Positions 1 to 9,285 of a stretch of DNA of 32,000 nt are shown here, in pieces (position 1 is the first letter of the stretch; every line of letters starts with the position of its first letter). The notes beneath the pieces are model-generated. The model did no database searches. It saw only the letters and a list, made by a program, of their open reading frames with translations, and was not told the origin of the DNA. The position numbers were made by a program, and so were the translations under genes. The stretch lies in the sequence record HF562234.1; one strand, given 5' to 3'.

Positions 1-280
1 ATGCTTGTATTTTAATTAACACTAGTTCCCTTTCTACACAAGGTATATTCGTAATATCTTGAACTTTTAATATACTTACTAATTTATATAATTGCTTAGT
101 CAATTGTTCAATTGTTCTATTATCGCCTGGAACAATCATTGTAATTCTTGATATACCTGGCTTTTCTGCAGGTCCTACAGCAAGACTATCAATATTAAAG
201 CCGCGTCTTGCAAATAAACCTGCTATCCTAGATAGTACACCTGCTTCATCTTCTACGAGAACGGATAATGTATGCTTCAT
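1..280 (-). CDS. ilvH: Acetolactate synthase small (regulatory) subunit, N-terminal part; the 3' end lies beyond the window edge
   Basis: Reverse complement from ATG (280..278) reads [68 protein letters not shown]. This is the typical ACT-domain N-terminus of IlvH. The frame stays open to position 1. Confidence 0.9.
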   Translation of the reverse strand, partial: MKHTLSVLVEDEAGVLSRIAGLFARRGFNIDSLAVGPAEKPGISRITMIVPGDNRTIEQLTKQLYKLVSILKVQDITNIPCVERELVLIKIQA

Positions 281-410
281 AATTAATATTAATATGTTTA
301 TTATATCAGGCTTAATGTTATTATTAGATATCTAATGTTATAATAATTTGAAGATATTTATCAATATTTTTTTATAAGTTAATATATTTACATTAGATCA
401 TTAGTCACTT

Positions 411-965
411 GTGCTAGAAAAAACCAAAAAATTGAAAAAAAGAAGTAAAGAAAAAATTATTATCAATGAACGCATTAATTACCCCCAAATAAGATTAATA
501 GATGTTTCAGGGAATCTATTAGGAATATATTCTTCGACTGAGGCTCTCAATATAGCTATAAAAGAGGGACTTGATTTAGTTGTAATTAGTGATAAATCAA
601 ATCCTCCTGTTTGTAAAATAGTTGATTATGGTAAATACAAATTCATTCAAGAAAAAAAAGCAAAAGAAGCACGTAGAAAGCAACATCAAGCTACTATTAA
701 AGAAGTAAAAATGCGTTACAAAATAGAAGAACATGATTATAGAGTTCGTATTAACCAAGCCTTACGTTTTTTACAATCAGGAGACAAAGTAAAAGCAACT
801 GTAACTTTTAGAGGAAGAGAAATTCAACATACTAATTTAGCAATTGAACTTTTACAAAAGATGGCAAATGATTTAAAAGAATTGGCTGAAGTGCAACAAC
901 TACCTTCCAGAGATGGAAGATACATGATTATGATTCTATCGCCTAAAAAAATAAGAAGCCTTTAA
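411..965 (+). CDS. infC: Translation initiation factor IF-3
   Basis: [36 protein letters not shown] and [14 protein letters not shown] are IF-3 N- and C-domain signatures. There is no in-frame ATG upstream of the conserved domain. In-frame stop TAG lies at 402..404, so GTG at 411 is the only classical start. Confidence 0.9.
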   Translation: MLEKTKKLKKRSKEKIIINERINYPQIRLIDVSGNLLGIYSSTEALNIAIKEGLDLVVISDKSNPPVCKIVDYGKYKFIQEKKAKEARRKQHQATIKEVKMRYKIEEHDYRVRINQALRFLQSGDKVKATVTFRGREIQHTNLAIELLQKMANDLKELAEVQQLPSRDGRYMIMILSPKKIRSL

Positions 966-1037
966 GTTAAATTTTGCTAAAGTATTTTGATTGTGTTTAA
1001 ATAGTAATAAATATAAACAAATTAAGGAATAACAAAT

Positions 1038-1643
1038 ATGTCGCGCTATAGAGGACCTCGTTTGAGAATATGCAGAAGATTAGGAGATTTACCTGGTTTA
1101 ACAAGAAAAAATTCAAAAAAACAAGTACCAGCTGGAGAGCATGGCCAGCAATTACGAAAACCATCAGAATATGCTTTAAGACTAGAAGAAAAGCAAAAAT
1201 TAAGATTTAATTACGGTCTAAGTGAAAGACAATTATTAAGATATATAAAAATAGCAAAAAAAGTACAAGGGTCTACTGGTCTAGTATTATTACAAATACT
1301 AGAAATGAGATTAGACAACATTATTTTTAGATTAGGTATTGCACCAACAATACCAGCAGCTCGACAATTAGTTAATCATAGGCATATACTAGTAAACGAA
1401 AAGAATGTCTCTATTTGCAGTTATCAATGTAAAGCTGGTGATACTATAAAAATTAGGGATAAAGAATCATCTAAAGCACTAGTAGAAAATAATATTCAAT
1501 TTCCAGGCTTGATTAATTTAGCTAGTCATTTGGAATTGGATAAAAGAAACTTAATCGGGAAAGTCAATAGTATAATTGACAGAGAGTGGGTTGCTTTACA
1601 ATTGAACGAATTACTTGTCGTTGAATATTATTCAAGAAAATAA
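1038..1643 (+). CDS. rps4: 30S ribosomal protein S4
   Basis: [23 protein letters not shown]-terminus plus an S4 RNA-binding domain ([33 protein letters not shown]). AAGGAA Shine-Dalgarno about 8 nt upstream. Confidence 0.95.
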   Translation: MSRYRGPRLRICRRLGDLPGLTRKNSKKQVPAGEHGQQLRKPSEYALRLEEKQKLRFNYGLSERQLLRYIKIAKKVQGSTGLVLLQILEMRLDNIIFRLGIAPTIPAARQLVNHRHILVNEKNVSICSYQCKAGDTIKIRDKESSKALVENNIQFPGLINLASHLELDKRNLIGKVNSIIDREWVALQLNELLVVEYYSRK

Positions 1644-1727
1644 TAATCTCTCTCTGTTATATTAAAAATAGTACTTGTTTTAAATCTCAATACATATATA
1701 AATAAACGATTAATTTTATATAAAAAA

Positions 1728-3167
1728 TTACAAATTAGTAGGTTGTCTACTAGTTAAAGACCAAAAAATTCTTTTGGCTATAATTTGAAAACGTAGAAAC
1801 TTCTTACTAAATTTTTGAGGTATATGTTGTTGAGATTTGTTAAATACATTGTTTTTAATAAATTTATAAGATTGTTGACTAGGTACAAAAAGTAAGTTTT
1901 TTTTATCATTGTTTTCTCTTTGTTCATAAAATTTTAAAAAATCTTCTAAATTATATACAAGCATATTAGGTACAGATGGTAAACAATAACTATTATTTTG
2001 CATTACAAATTTTCGCCATGCTAATAATGCCACTTCATAATTCAAGAATACTACTTCATAATTTTTGTTATTATTTAAACTATAATTATAATTAATAACT
2101 TTTTTTTGCTGAGTTTTTTTATTTTTAGATGAAACAGATTTAAGAATATATACTGGCTGACCTTGAAAGAAATCTTTGCCATATTTTTGATTACTATGAA
2201 AAGTAATATTTCGTTTATATTGATATTTATAGATTAGATTACCTAACTCTTGAAAATCAGGTATAAGATGAAATTGCACTTTAAGCGGAGATAATTTTAC
2301 TAATTTATAGTAAAAATCTAAACCTGTAGCAAATATATTAAAATTTGCGCAATTACTTTTATCAATATATGTATTTTTAATAGATTCTTGATATTCTACA
2401 ATATCTTCTGGATTAACAAAAAATAAAGCTTCATGTATCAGTCTATTATCTGTCTTACGTACAATACTATTGCAATAAAATTGATATATTTGATCTACTA
2501 AACCTTGCTGACTAATTAATTCATATGAAGGTTCAGTAACAATTATTTGATTAAAATTATTTCTTATAGTAAAAATAGGTAATTTATTTTGCTGTAATTT
2601 TTTTACAACAGCTAACTGACTTGAAGTAAGATAATTTGCCTGTTTTTTCAACTTTACAAAATTTCTAGGTTGTGAAAAATTAAACCCCTTTTTCCAGATA
2701 TATTTTATTTCTGCTCGATTATTATTTATATTATTTATTTTTTTTGATTGATCTAAAGTAGTTTCTATTCTTCCTGAAATTAAAGCTTTGCTAAAATAAA
2801 ATATAAATTTCTTATATCGATTTTTATAAACGGCTAAACCATCAGACTGTAATTGACTGCTATACAGATCTGATAATATATTCGGTTGTGACAAAAAAAT
2901 AGTTTCTTGCCAATATTTATTGATTAGTTTCGTTATAAGATTACGTGATACTAATTCTTTATTAGCAAAACTATTAATTTCAGGATTGAGATAACTAGTT
3001 TTGTTAGCAAGTACAGAGAATGTATACGCTTTACTAACGATATTATGATTCTCATGGGTGGATGCCAATGTATTTTTGACATGTCTTTGAATAAATGGAA
3101 ACTGATTATTTATTATTAAATTGTTATTAAATAAATTTTGAATAAACATTGGATTAGATAAACTCAT
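1728..3167 (-). CDS. Conserved-looking plastid ORF of unknown function (479 aa), N/K/I-rich. Possibly the red-algal ycf80 family, with a Tic22-like two-repeat layout (see findings).
   Basis: A long uninterrupted ORF in about 75% AT DNA is unlikely by chance. It lies on the same strand as the upstream ycf57/ssrA/trnR block. The family assignment comes from memory and motif pattern only. Confidence 0.6.
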   Translation of the reverse strand: MSLSNPMFIQNLFNNNLIINNQFPFIQRHVKNTLASTHENHNIVSKAYTFSVLANKTSYLNPEINSFANKELVSRNLITKLINKYWQETIFLSQPNILSDLYSSQLQSDGLAVYKNRYKKFIFYFSKALISGRIETTLDQSKKINNINNNRAEIKYIWKKGFNFSQPRNFVKLKKQANYLTSSQLAVVKKLQQNKLPIFTIRNNFNQIIVTEPSYELISQQGLVDQIYQFYCNSIVRKTDNRLIHEALFFVNPEDIVEYQESIKNTYIDKSNCANFNIFATGLDFYYKLVKLSPLKVQFHLIPDFQELGNLIYKYQYKRNITFHSNQKYGKDFFQGQPVYILKSVSSKNKKTQQKKVINYNYSLNNNKNYEVVFLNYEVALLAWRKFVMQNNSYCLPSVPNMLVYNLEDFLKFYEQRENNDKKNLLFVPSQQSYKFIKNNVFNKSQQHIPQKFSKKFLRFQIIAKRIFWSLTSRQPTNL

Positions 3168-3267
3168 GCATTTTTATCATGAAAAAAGATAATTAAGAAA
3201 AAATATAGTATAACTGTAAAATTCAACTATATTATAAATATATATAATAAATCAAATTAATCATCAA

Positions 3268-3609
3268 TTACACTGAAAAAGATTTTCCACAACCACACGT
3301 ATTAAGCGCGTTAGGATTACTAAATTGAAAACCGCCACCAATTAAAGAATCTTCATAGTCTAAAGACATACCATATAAATACAATAAACTTTTACTATCA
3401 CATACTATTTGAAAATTCTCAAATTCAATAATTGAATCAGCTTTTTGTAGATCTTCTGATTTTACAAAATTCATTAAATAGGACATACCAGAGCAACCTC
3501 CTTGTTTTACAGATATTCTTAAATAAACTTTATTCATCTCCAAGCAGTTAAGACTTAATAAACGCTGTAGAGCCATATTAGTAATTTTAATAGGTTTATT
3601 TGTCATCAT
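3268..3609 (-). CDS. ycf57: HesB/IscA/SufA-family Fe-S cluster assembly protein (red-algal ycf57)
   Basis: Motifs VKQGGCSGMSY and C-terminal NTCGCGKSF are the three-Cys A-type carrier signature. The start is set at the ATGATG pair (3609/3606) preceded by GGGGA. The track's longer ORF to 3714 runs into the ssrA 3' end and is rejected. Confidence 0.85.
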   Translation of the reverse strand: MMTNKPIKITNMALQRLLSLNCLEMNKVYLRISVKQGGCSGMSYLMNFVKSEDLQKADSIIEFENFQIVCDSKSLLYLYGMSLDYEDSLIGGGFQFSNPNALNTCGCGKSFSV

Positions 3610-3642
3610 ACATCCCCAAAATTTAAAGCTAGAAAATAATAT

Positions 3643-4007
3643 TGGAACTGGTGGGAATCGAACCCACGTCCATATTAAAACAGTACGCAAAGCCTGCTTA
3701 CAATAATGAAGCACAAAGGAAAATCAATATATAATAATTGTAACTTAGCTTAAGAATTAATAATTTACTTAAGAGCATCTCAAAGAAAAATATCAAGAAA
3801 TAGAGAGTAATTATAAACTGATATTCTAAATATTCCTTATATTAAAATAACGAATCAAATAAAAAGCTAAACTAACACAAGGTTTTTAGAAAAAGGAAGA
3901 ATTTGATGTTTTGCATTTGTAATTAAGCTAGGATTAATGAAGTTTAGCTTATCTTCATCCTTTACAACTTCAACATACAGAGTTATATGTAGAAACCAAA
4001 CAGCCCC
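3643..4007 (-). ncRNA. ssrA: tmRNA (transfer-messenger RNA), plastid type
   Basis: On the minus strand the 5' GGGGCTG (4007..4001) pairs with CAGTTCC (3650..3644), including the G3:U wobble used for alanylation. T-arm is GTGGG-TTCGATT-CCCAC, followed by discriminator A. An internal tag frame GCA AAA CAT CAA ATT CTT CCT TTT TCT AAA AAC CTT GTG TTA GTT TAG (3914..3867) encodes AKHQILPFSKNLVLV. Confidence 0.85.
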
Positions 4008-4087
4008 TTTAAATAATAATTGAGTAACATTATACCATATATTTTTTAAAAAAGTATTAATAGCAGAAAAATATAAAAAATGAATTA

Positions 4088-4160
4088 TGAGCAAGGAAGG
4101 ATTTGAACCTTCGACCATCAGAATCGGAATCTGACACTCTATCCACTGAGTTACATGCCC
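4088..4160 (-). tRNA. trnR: tRNA-Arg (anticodon CCG)
   Basis: Minus strand reads GGGCATG-TA-ACTC-AGTGGATA-GAGT-G-TCAGA-TTCCGAT-TCTGA-TGGTC-GAAGG-TTCAAAT-CCTTC-CTTGCTC-A. This is a full cloverleaf with one U6:U67 mismatch in the acceptor stem. Confidence 0.85.
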
Positions 4161-4212
4161 ATATCAAAAAGATTATATTATCTAATAACTTGTAAAGCAA
4201 TCAAAATAATAA

Positions 4213-4464
4213 TTAATTTTGTATGTATTCTTGACCTAAAAATAAACACTGTTCTGCTTTAAAGATTTCTTGTCCTAAATATAAATAATGCTGGATAGAC
4301 AAATATCTTGTATTTTTATAAACATCGATTAATTTAGATAAAATATTAGCATTATAAGCTGTAAAACAAATAGGATAATTTATATTGTGATTATGGTCTT
4401 GAAAAAAATATAAGACTATCTTTTTAGATAAAATGAGTCTAATTAAACAATAACAATTATCCAT
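4213..4464 (-). CDS. Small conserved hypothetical protein, DUF4346-like C-terminus (possibly a red-algal ycf-type ORF)
   Basis: C-terminal HYLYLGQEIFKAEQCLFLGQEYIQN fits the H-x-x-YLG-x-E-x-x-KAE...G-x-x-Y-x-Q-[DN] pattern I recall from cyanobacterial and plastid DUF4346 proteins. Short ORF, recognised by memory only. Confidence 0.5.
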   Translation of the reverse strand: MDNCYCLIRLILSKKIVLYFFQDHNHNINYPICFTAYNANILSKLIDVYKNTRYLSIQHYLYLGQEIFKAEQCLFLGQEYIQN

Positions 4465-4675
4465 TTTATGTATATTTAATAAAAAGACTTTAAATTAAGA
4501 TATATATAAATGATATTATATATTAATAGATATGACTTTTAATTATCAATTATTAAAAAGATTAATTATATGAAAGACTAAATTAAACACCATACAATAA
4601 TATATTAATAACTAAAATAATTAGAAATTTATTATAATTGAAAATTGACAGTCTATTATATTGGAGATACAAATA

Positions 4676-5185
4676 ATGCAAGATGCTATTACTAATATTA
4701 TGAATAAGTATGATTTAACAGGTAAATACTTAGATCAATTTGCGGTTAATGAACTAGAAATCTATTTTTCAAATGCTATTAAAAGAATAAAAACGATAGA
4801 AACTATAAATAGTAAAGCAGCAACTATCATTAAAGAAGCAGCGGCTATATTATATGAAGAGCAGCCTGAACTATTAAGACCTGGAGGGAATTCTTATACT
4901 ACTCGCCGATATGCTGCATGTTTACGAGATATTGAGTATTATTTACGATATACTAGTTATGCGATTATTGCAGGCAATACTAATATTCTAAACGAACGAG
5001 TACTAGATGGTCTACGAGATACATATAATTCATTAAATGTACCACTTGCACCAACCGTAAGAAGTATTCAAATTTTAGAAGATATTATACAAAATGAGTT
5101 AAAATTTATTGATACTAGTGATCGCTTTATTATTAGTGAACCTTTTCAATATATAATAGAATCTTTAAGTGAACAAGATATATAA
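4676..5185 (+). CDS. apcF: Allophycocyanin beta-18 subunit (phycobilisome core)
   Basis: MQDAITNIMNKYDLTGKYLD, GGNSYTTRRYAACLRDIEYYLRY (bilin-binding Cys) and a 169-aa length are typical for ApcF. ATG at 4676 is preceded by GGAGA (4663..4667). The track's TTG start at 4661 would overlap that SD. Confidence 0.9.
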   Translation: MQDAITNIMNKYDLTGKYLDQFAVNELEIYFSNAIKRIKTIETINSKAATIIKEAAAILYEEQPELLRPGGNSYTTRRYAACLRDIEYYLRYTSYAIIAGNTNILNERVLDGLRDTYNSLNVPLAPTVRSIQILEDIIQNELKFIDTSDRFIISEPFQYIIESLSEQDI

Positions 5186-5236
5186 TTTTTTTCATTGATG
5201 AATTAAATATTGTAAGACATAATTATAATTACAGCT

Positions 5237-5515
5237 TTGAAACATATTTCAAATATTACACTATGTGATTTAAAATACAAAATAATTAGTCTACTTTTAG
5301 GCTTTTTTATTTCAACTGCTTTATCAACAATGCCTGCCCAAACAGGTGACTGGGGTATTATTGGAGCATCTATTATAGTTACAGTTTATGAAATAGCTAG
5401 TAAATTGATATATTCTAGAAAAAATAACATCTTAAAAATACCTTCTATTATTAATCATATAAAAATAGGGATTATTTATGGAATATTTGTAGATGCATTT
5501 AAATTAGGTAGCTAA
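5237..5515 (+). CDS. ycf20: Ycf20 family membrane protein
   Basis: LLGFFISTALSTMPAQTGDWGIIGASI and C-terminal GIFVDAFKLGS are Ycf20/DUF565 signatures. The conserved region begins before the only internal ATG, so the start is non-AUG (TTG 5237 or ATT/ATA at 5219..5230). Confidence 0.8.
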   Translation: MKHISNITLCDLKYKIISLLLGFFISTALSTMPAQTGDWGIIGASIIVTVYEIASKLIYSRKNNILKIPSIINHIKIGIIYGIFVDAFKLGS

Positions 5516-5545
5516 CACTTAATATTCAGTTAATCTAAATTATAA

Positions 5546-5583
5546 AATTAAGAGTCAGTAGTATAATATATAGACTCTTAATT
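5546..5583. terminator. Hairpin between convergent ycf20 and cpcG
   Basis: AATTAAGAGTC (5546..5556) is the exact reverse complement of GACTCTTAATT (5573..5583). Stem 11 bp, loop 16 nt. Confidence 0.45.
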
Positions 5584-5610
5584 TAAAATTTATAGTTTAT
5601 AGATAGATTA

Positions 5611-6315
5611 TTAACCTAAGGATATTGGAGATACATCTGTTACCATATTTAAAAACAAAGCAGGATCACCGGCTTTAGGAGATTGCTCTTGAGGTCTAAA
5701 CTTCCGTATAGAACCCGCCCATAATAACTGAGGCCTTTCTTGCTTCATTAAAAATTCTTTACCTGTACGAGGCGTCTTTAAATTAAAAGGGATTTCTCCT
5801 TTACTCCTTTGAGCAATTATACGCCTTCTTTGATAAGGTATCGTATTATCTCCAAAATTGTCTACATATTCATCACTATTTAATAAAACATCAACAAAGA
5901 ATTCTAATCCTTTTGATCCTATTAATACTGAAAATGCCAGTTTTTCTCTTTCATTATAAATATCACGACCTAAAACTCTTTGTATACACATTTCTACAAA
6001 TCTATAATTATTATTTACATCATAGTTTAAATTACGAAATGCTTGCGATAATAATAATCCTTTAATAAAATCTTTAATTGTTATTTGATTAAATCTTAAC
6101 TGAGACTCTAAAAAAGGTTCATTTGTACTACTTAAAATTTGATGCTCACTAAATATTTGACGATAACCACTCCATATAATTTCATCCATCTCATAAGCAG
6201 TTGGTAAATTTTCTGTTGTATATATTTTAGGCTGTTCTTCTCCAGGCAAATATTCAAAACCATCTACTCTTTGATTTTGAGTAGAAAATGCATAATTTAA
6301 TATTGGAATAGACAT
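5611..6315 (-). CDS. cpcG: Phycobilisome rod-core linker polypeptide
   Basis: MSIPILNYAFSTQNQRV, YRQIFSEHQILSSTNEPFLESQLRFNQITIKDFIKGLLLSQAFR and RFVEMCIQRVLGRD form a PBS-linker domain typical of CpcG. Confidence 0.9.
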   Translation of the reverse strand: MSIPILNYAFSTQNQRVDGFEYLPGEEQPKIYTTENLPTAYEMDEIIWSGYRQIFSEHQILSSTNEPFLESQLRFNQITIKDFIKGLLLSQAFRNLNYDVNNNYRFVEMCIQRVLGRDIYNEREKLAFSVLIGSKGLEFFVDVLLNSDEYVDNFGDNTIPYQRRRIIAQRSKGEIPFNLKTPRTGKEFLMKQERPQLLWAGSIRKFRPQEQSPKAGDPALFLNMVTDVSPISLG

Positions 6316-6654
6316 GATGAGTCTCCAGATTGATCTGTAACTTCAATAAAGTTTATATATATAATTATTTATACTAAGTTTTTTGGATCAAAATCAACAT
6401 TATTAAATCAAGAAGTATTAAAATCATGGCACATTACAAATTGTAAATAAAAATGCTTCAATACTATCTTAATTAAAATATAATTTAATGAAAACAATTA
6501 TTCTTAGTATATGCAATCATAATAAAATATTATACTAGAATTAATGAAATTAAATTTTCTCATATTATTAATCTTGACTAAAAAAACTTTATTAAAAAAG
6601 TTTATATAAACCTATTCTTAAATATTCATTATAAAATTAGAGTGACTATAATGT

Positions 6655-6828
6655 ATGGATAATGGTAATCAACTAACACTTGAACAAGAATTTAAATTAG
6701 CTATATATATAAAAAAAATCAATAAGCTAGATAATAATAATACAAAAAAACACTTAATGATAATATTAAAACAAATGATGATTAAAGATAATATAATAAA
6801 ATATTTTATCAAAAATTCTATACCTTAG
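6655..6828 (+). CDS. nblA: Phycobilisome degradation protein NblA (red-algal ycf18), 57 aa; not in the ORF track
   Basis: Hand translation gives MDNGNQLTLEQEFKLAIYIKKINKLDNNNTKKHLMIILKQMMIKDNIIKYFIKNSIP*. LTLEQEFKL and ILKQMMIKDNIIK match the NblA helix-loop-helix consensus. Confidence 0.8.
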   Translation: MDNGNQLTLEQEFKLAIYIKKINKLDNNNTKKHLMIILKQMMIKDNIIKYFIKNSIP

Positions 6829-6861
6829 AAAATATTACGAAATATTAATTTGTTATACTGA

Positions 6862-7506
<645 letters not shown>

Positions 7507-7541
7507 ACTTTATAGCAATAAGATAAGAATATTTAAAATAG

Positions 7542-8063
<522 letters not shown>

Positions 8064-8098
8064 TATTATAAACTTCAAATACAATAGTATTAAATAGA

Positions 8099-8152
8099 TT
8101 TAAATAAAATAAAACCAAAACTATATATAGTTTTGGTTTTATTTTATTTAAA
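8099..8152. terminator. Perfect 54-nt palindrome downstream of cpeA; probable 3' stem-loop or terminator of the cpeBA transcript
   Basis: 8101..8150 (TAAATAAAATAAAACCAAAACTATATATAGTTTTGGTTTTATTTTATTTA) equals its own reverse complement. Pairing extends two more bases each side (TT/AA). Confidence 0.6.
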
Positions 8153-8189
8153 AGTGTACTTATTACTGTATTAATTACAATTAAAAACA

Positions 8190-8217
8190 GTAAAATATAA
8201 TATATATTATATTTTAC
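8190..8217. repeat. Second perfect palindrome (28 nt) between cpeA and ccsA
   Basis: GTAAAATATAATAT followed directly by ATATTATATTTTAC. Self-complementary, with no loop. Confidence 0.4.
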
Positions 8218-8250
8218 TTTATACTTTTCATATAAAACTGGGAGAATAAC

Positions 8251-9165
8251 ATGAATTCAAATCTAATTGAAAATACATTAATCAATCTATCCTTTGCTAT
8301 ATTACTTTTTACATTATTTGTTTATTGGATTAATATAGCATTTACTAACTTGAAAATGCTCTCTAATCTTGGCAAGATATGTACTCTTGCTGTTAATCTA
8401 TGTCTAAGTAGCACATTAATAATAAGATGGATAGAAAATAAATATTTTCCTTTAAGTAATTTATATGAGTCTTTAATTTTTTTAACTTGGGGATTAACTT
8501 TAGTTCATTTAATACTTGAACAACAAAATAAAAGTAAATTAATTGGAGCTATTAATACACCTATTTGCTTATTTATTATTGCATTTACTAGTTTTTCATT
8601 ACCATCAGAAATGAAAAAAACTGTACCTTTAGTTCCAGCACTAAGATCTAATTGGTTAATGATGCATGTAAGTATAATGATGATTAGCTATGCATTATTA
8701 ATTCTTGGTTCATTACTCTCAATACTATTTCTAATTATTTATAAAGTAAATCTGAAAAATTCTAATATTAATCAAAAAAGAACAAATTATAGAATACAAA
8801 TGTCAACCAGTATAGCTAATAATTCTGCGCTTTACTCAGATAGAATGAGCATTCTGCAAATAATTGATAATTTAAGTTATAGAATTATAGGACTAGGTTT
8901 TCCTCTATTAACTATTGGTATCATTGCAGGTGCTGTATGGGCCAATGATGCTTGGGGTTCATATTGGAGTTGGGATCCTAAAGAAACTTGGGCTCTAATT
9001 ACATGGTTAATTTTTGCAGCTTACTTACATTCAAGATTCAGTAAATCATGGGCAGGTGAAAAGCCAGCTATTCTAGCATCTATAGGCTTTCTTGTTGTAT
9101 GGATATGTTATTTAGGAGTTAATTTTCTTGGCAAAGGTTTACATAGCTATGGTTGGTTATCATAA
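8251..9165 (+). CDS. ccsA: Cytochrome c biogenesis protein CcsA (System II heme handling)
   Basis: Multi-TM protein carrying the WWD-type tryptophan-rich motif WGSYWSWDPKETWALITWL and conserved His residues. GGGAGA SD upstream. Confidence 0.93.
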   Translation: MNSNLIENTLINLSFAILLFTLFVYWINIAFTNLKMLSNLGKICTLAVNLCLSSTLIIRWIENKYFPLSNLYESLIFLTWGLTLVHLILEQQNKSKLIGAINTPICLFIIAFTSFSLPSEMKKTVPLVPALRSNWLMMHVSIMMISYALLILGSLLSILFLIIYKVNLKNSNINQKRTNYRIQMSTSIANNSALYSDRMSILQIIDNLSYRIIGLGFPLLTIGIIAGAVWANDAWGSYWSWDPKETWALITWLIFAAYLHSRFSKSWAGEKPAILASIGFLVVWICYLGVNFLGKGLHSYGWLS

Positions 9166-9285
9166 TTATATTAATTCTTATCTAATTTAGTTCAAATTTA
9201 TTCAGTATGTCTTATTATATTAGATATATTCTTTTGTAAAAATTTATTTTTTACAAACCATTTAATAATACTAAAATTAATTGCT

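Noticed and set aside
3610-3714. 35-codon N-terminal extension of the ycf57 ORF (MLHYCKQALRTVLIWTWVRFPP...)
   Set aside because: The extension is the translated tmRNA T-arm and acceptor region. The HesB/IscA homology begins at the ATGATG at 3609, giving about 113 aa, the usual size for this family.
3867-4118. 83-aa minus-strand ORF in the ORF track
   Set aside because: It runs through the 5' two-thirds of ssrA and into trnR(CCG). Only its last 15 codons (the tmRNA tag frame) are meaningful, and it has no protein-like conservation.
4661-4675. TTG-initiated 5-codon extension of apcF
   Set aside because: The extension contains the GGAGA ribosome-binding site for the ATG at 4676. The canonical ApcF N-terminus is MQDAIT and the length is 169 aa.
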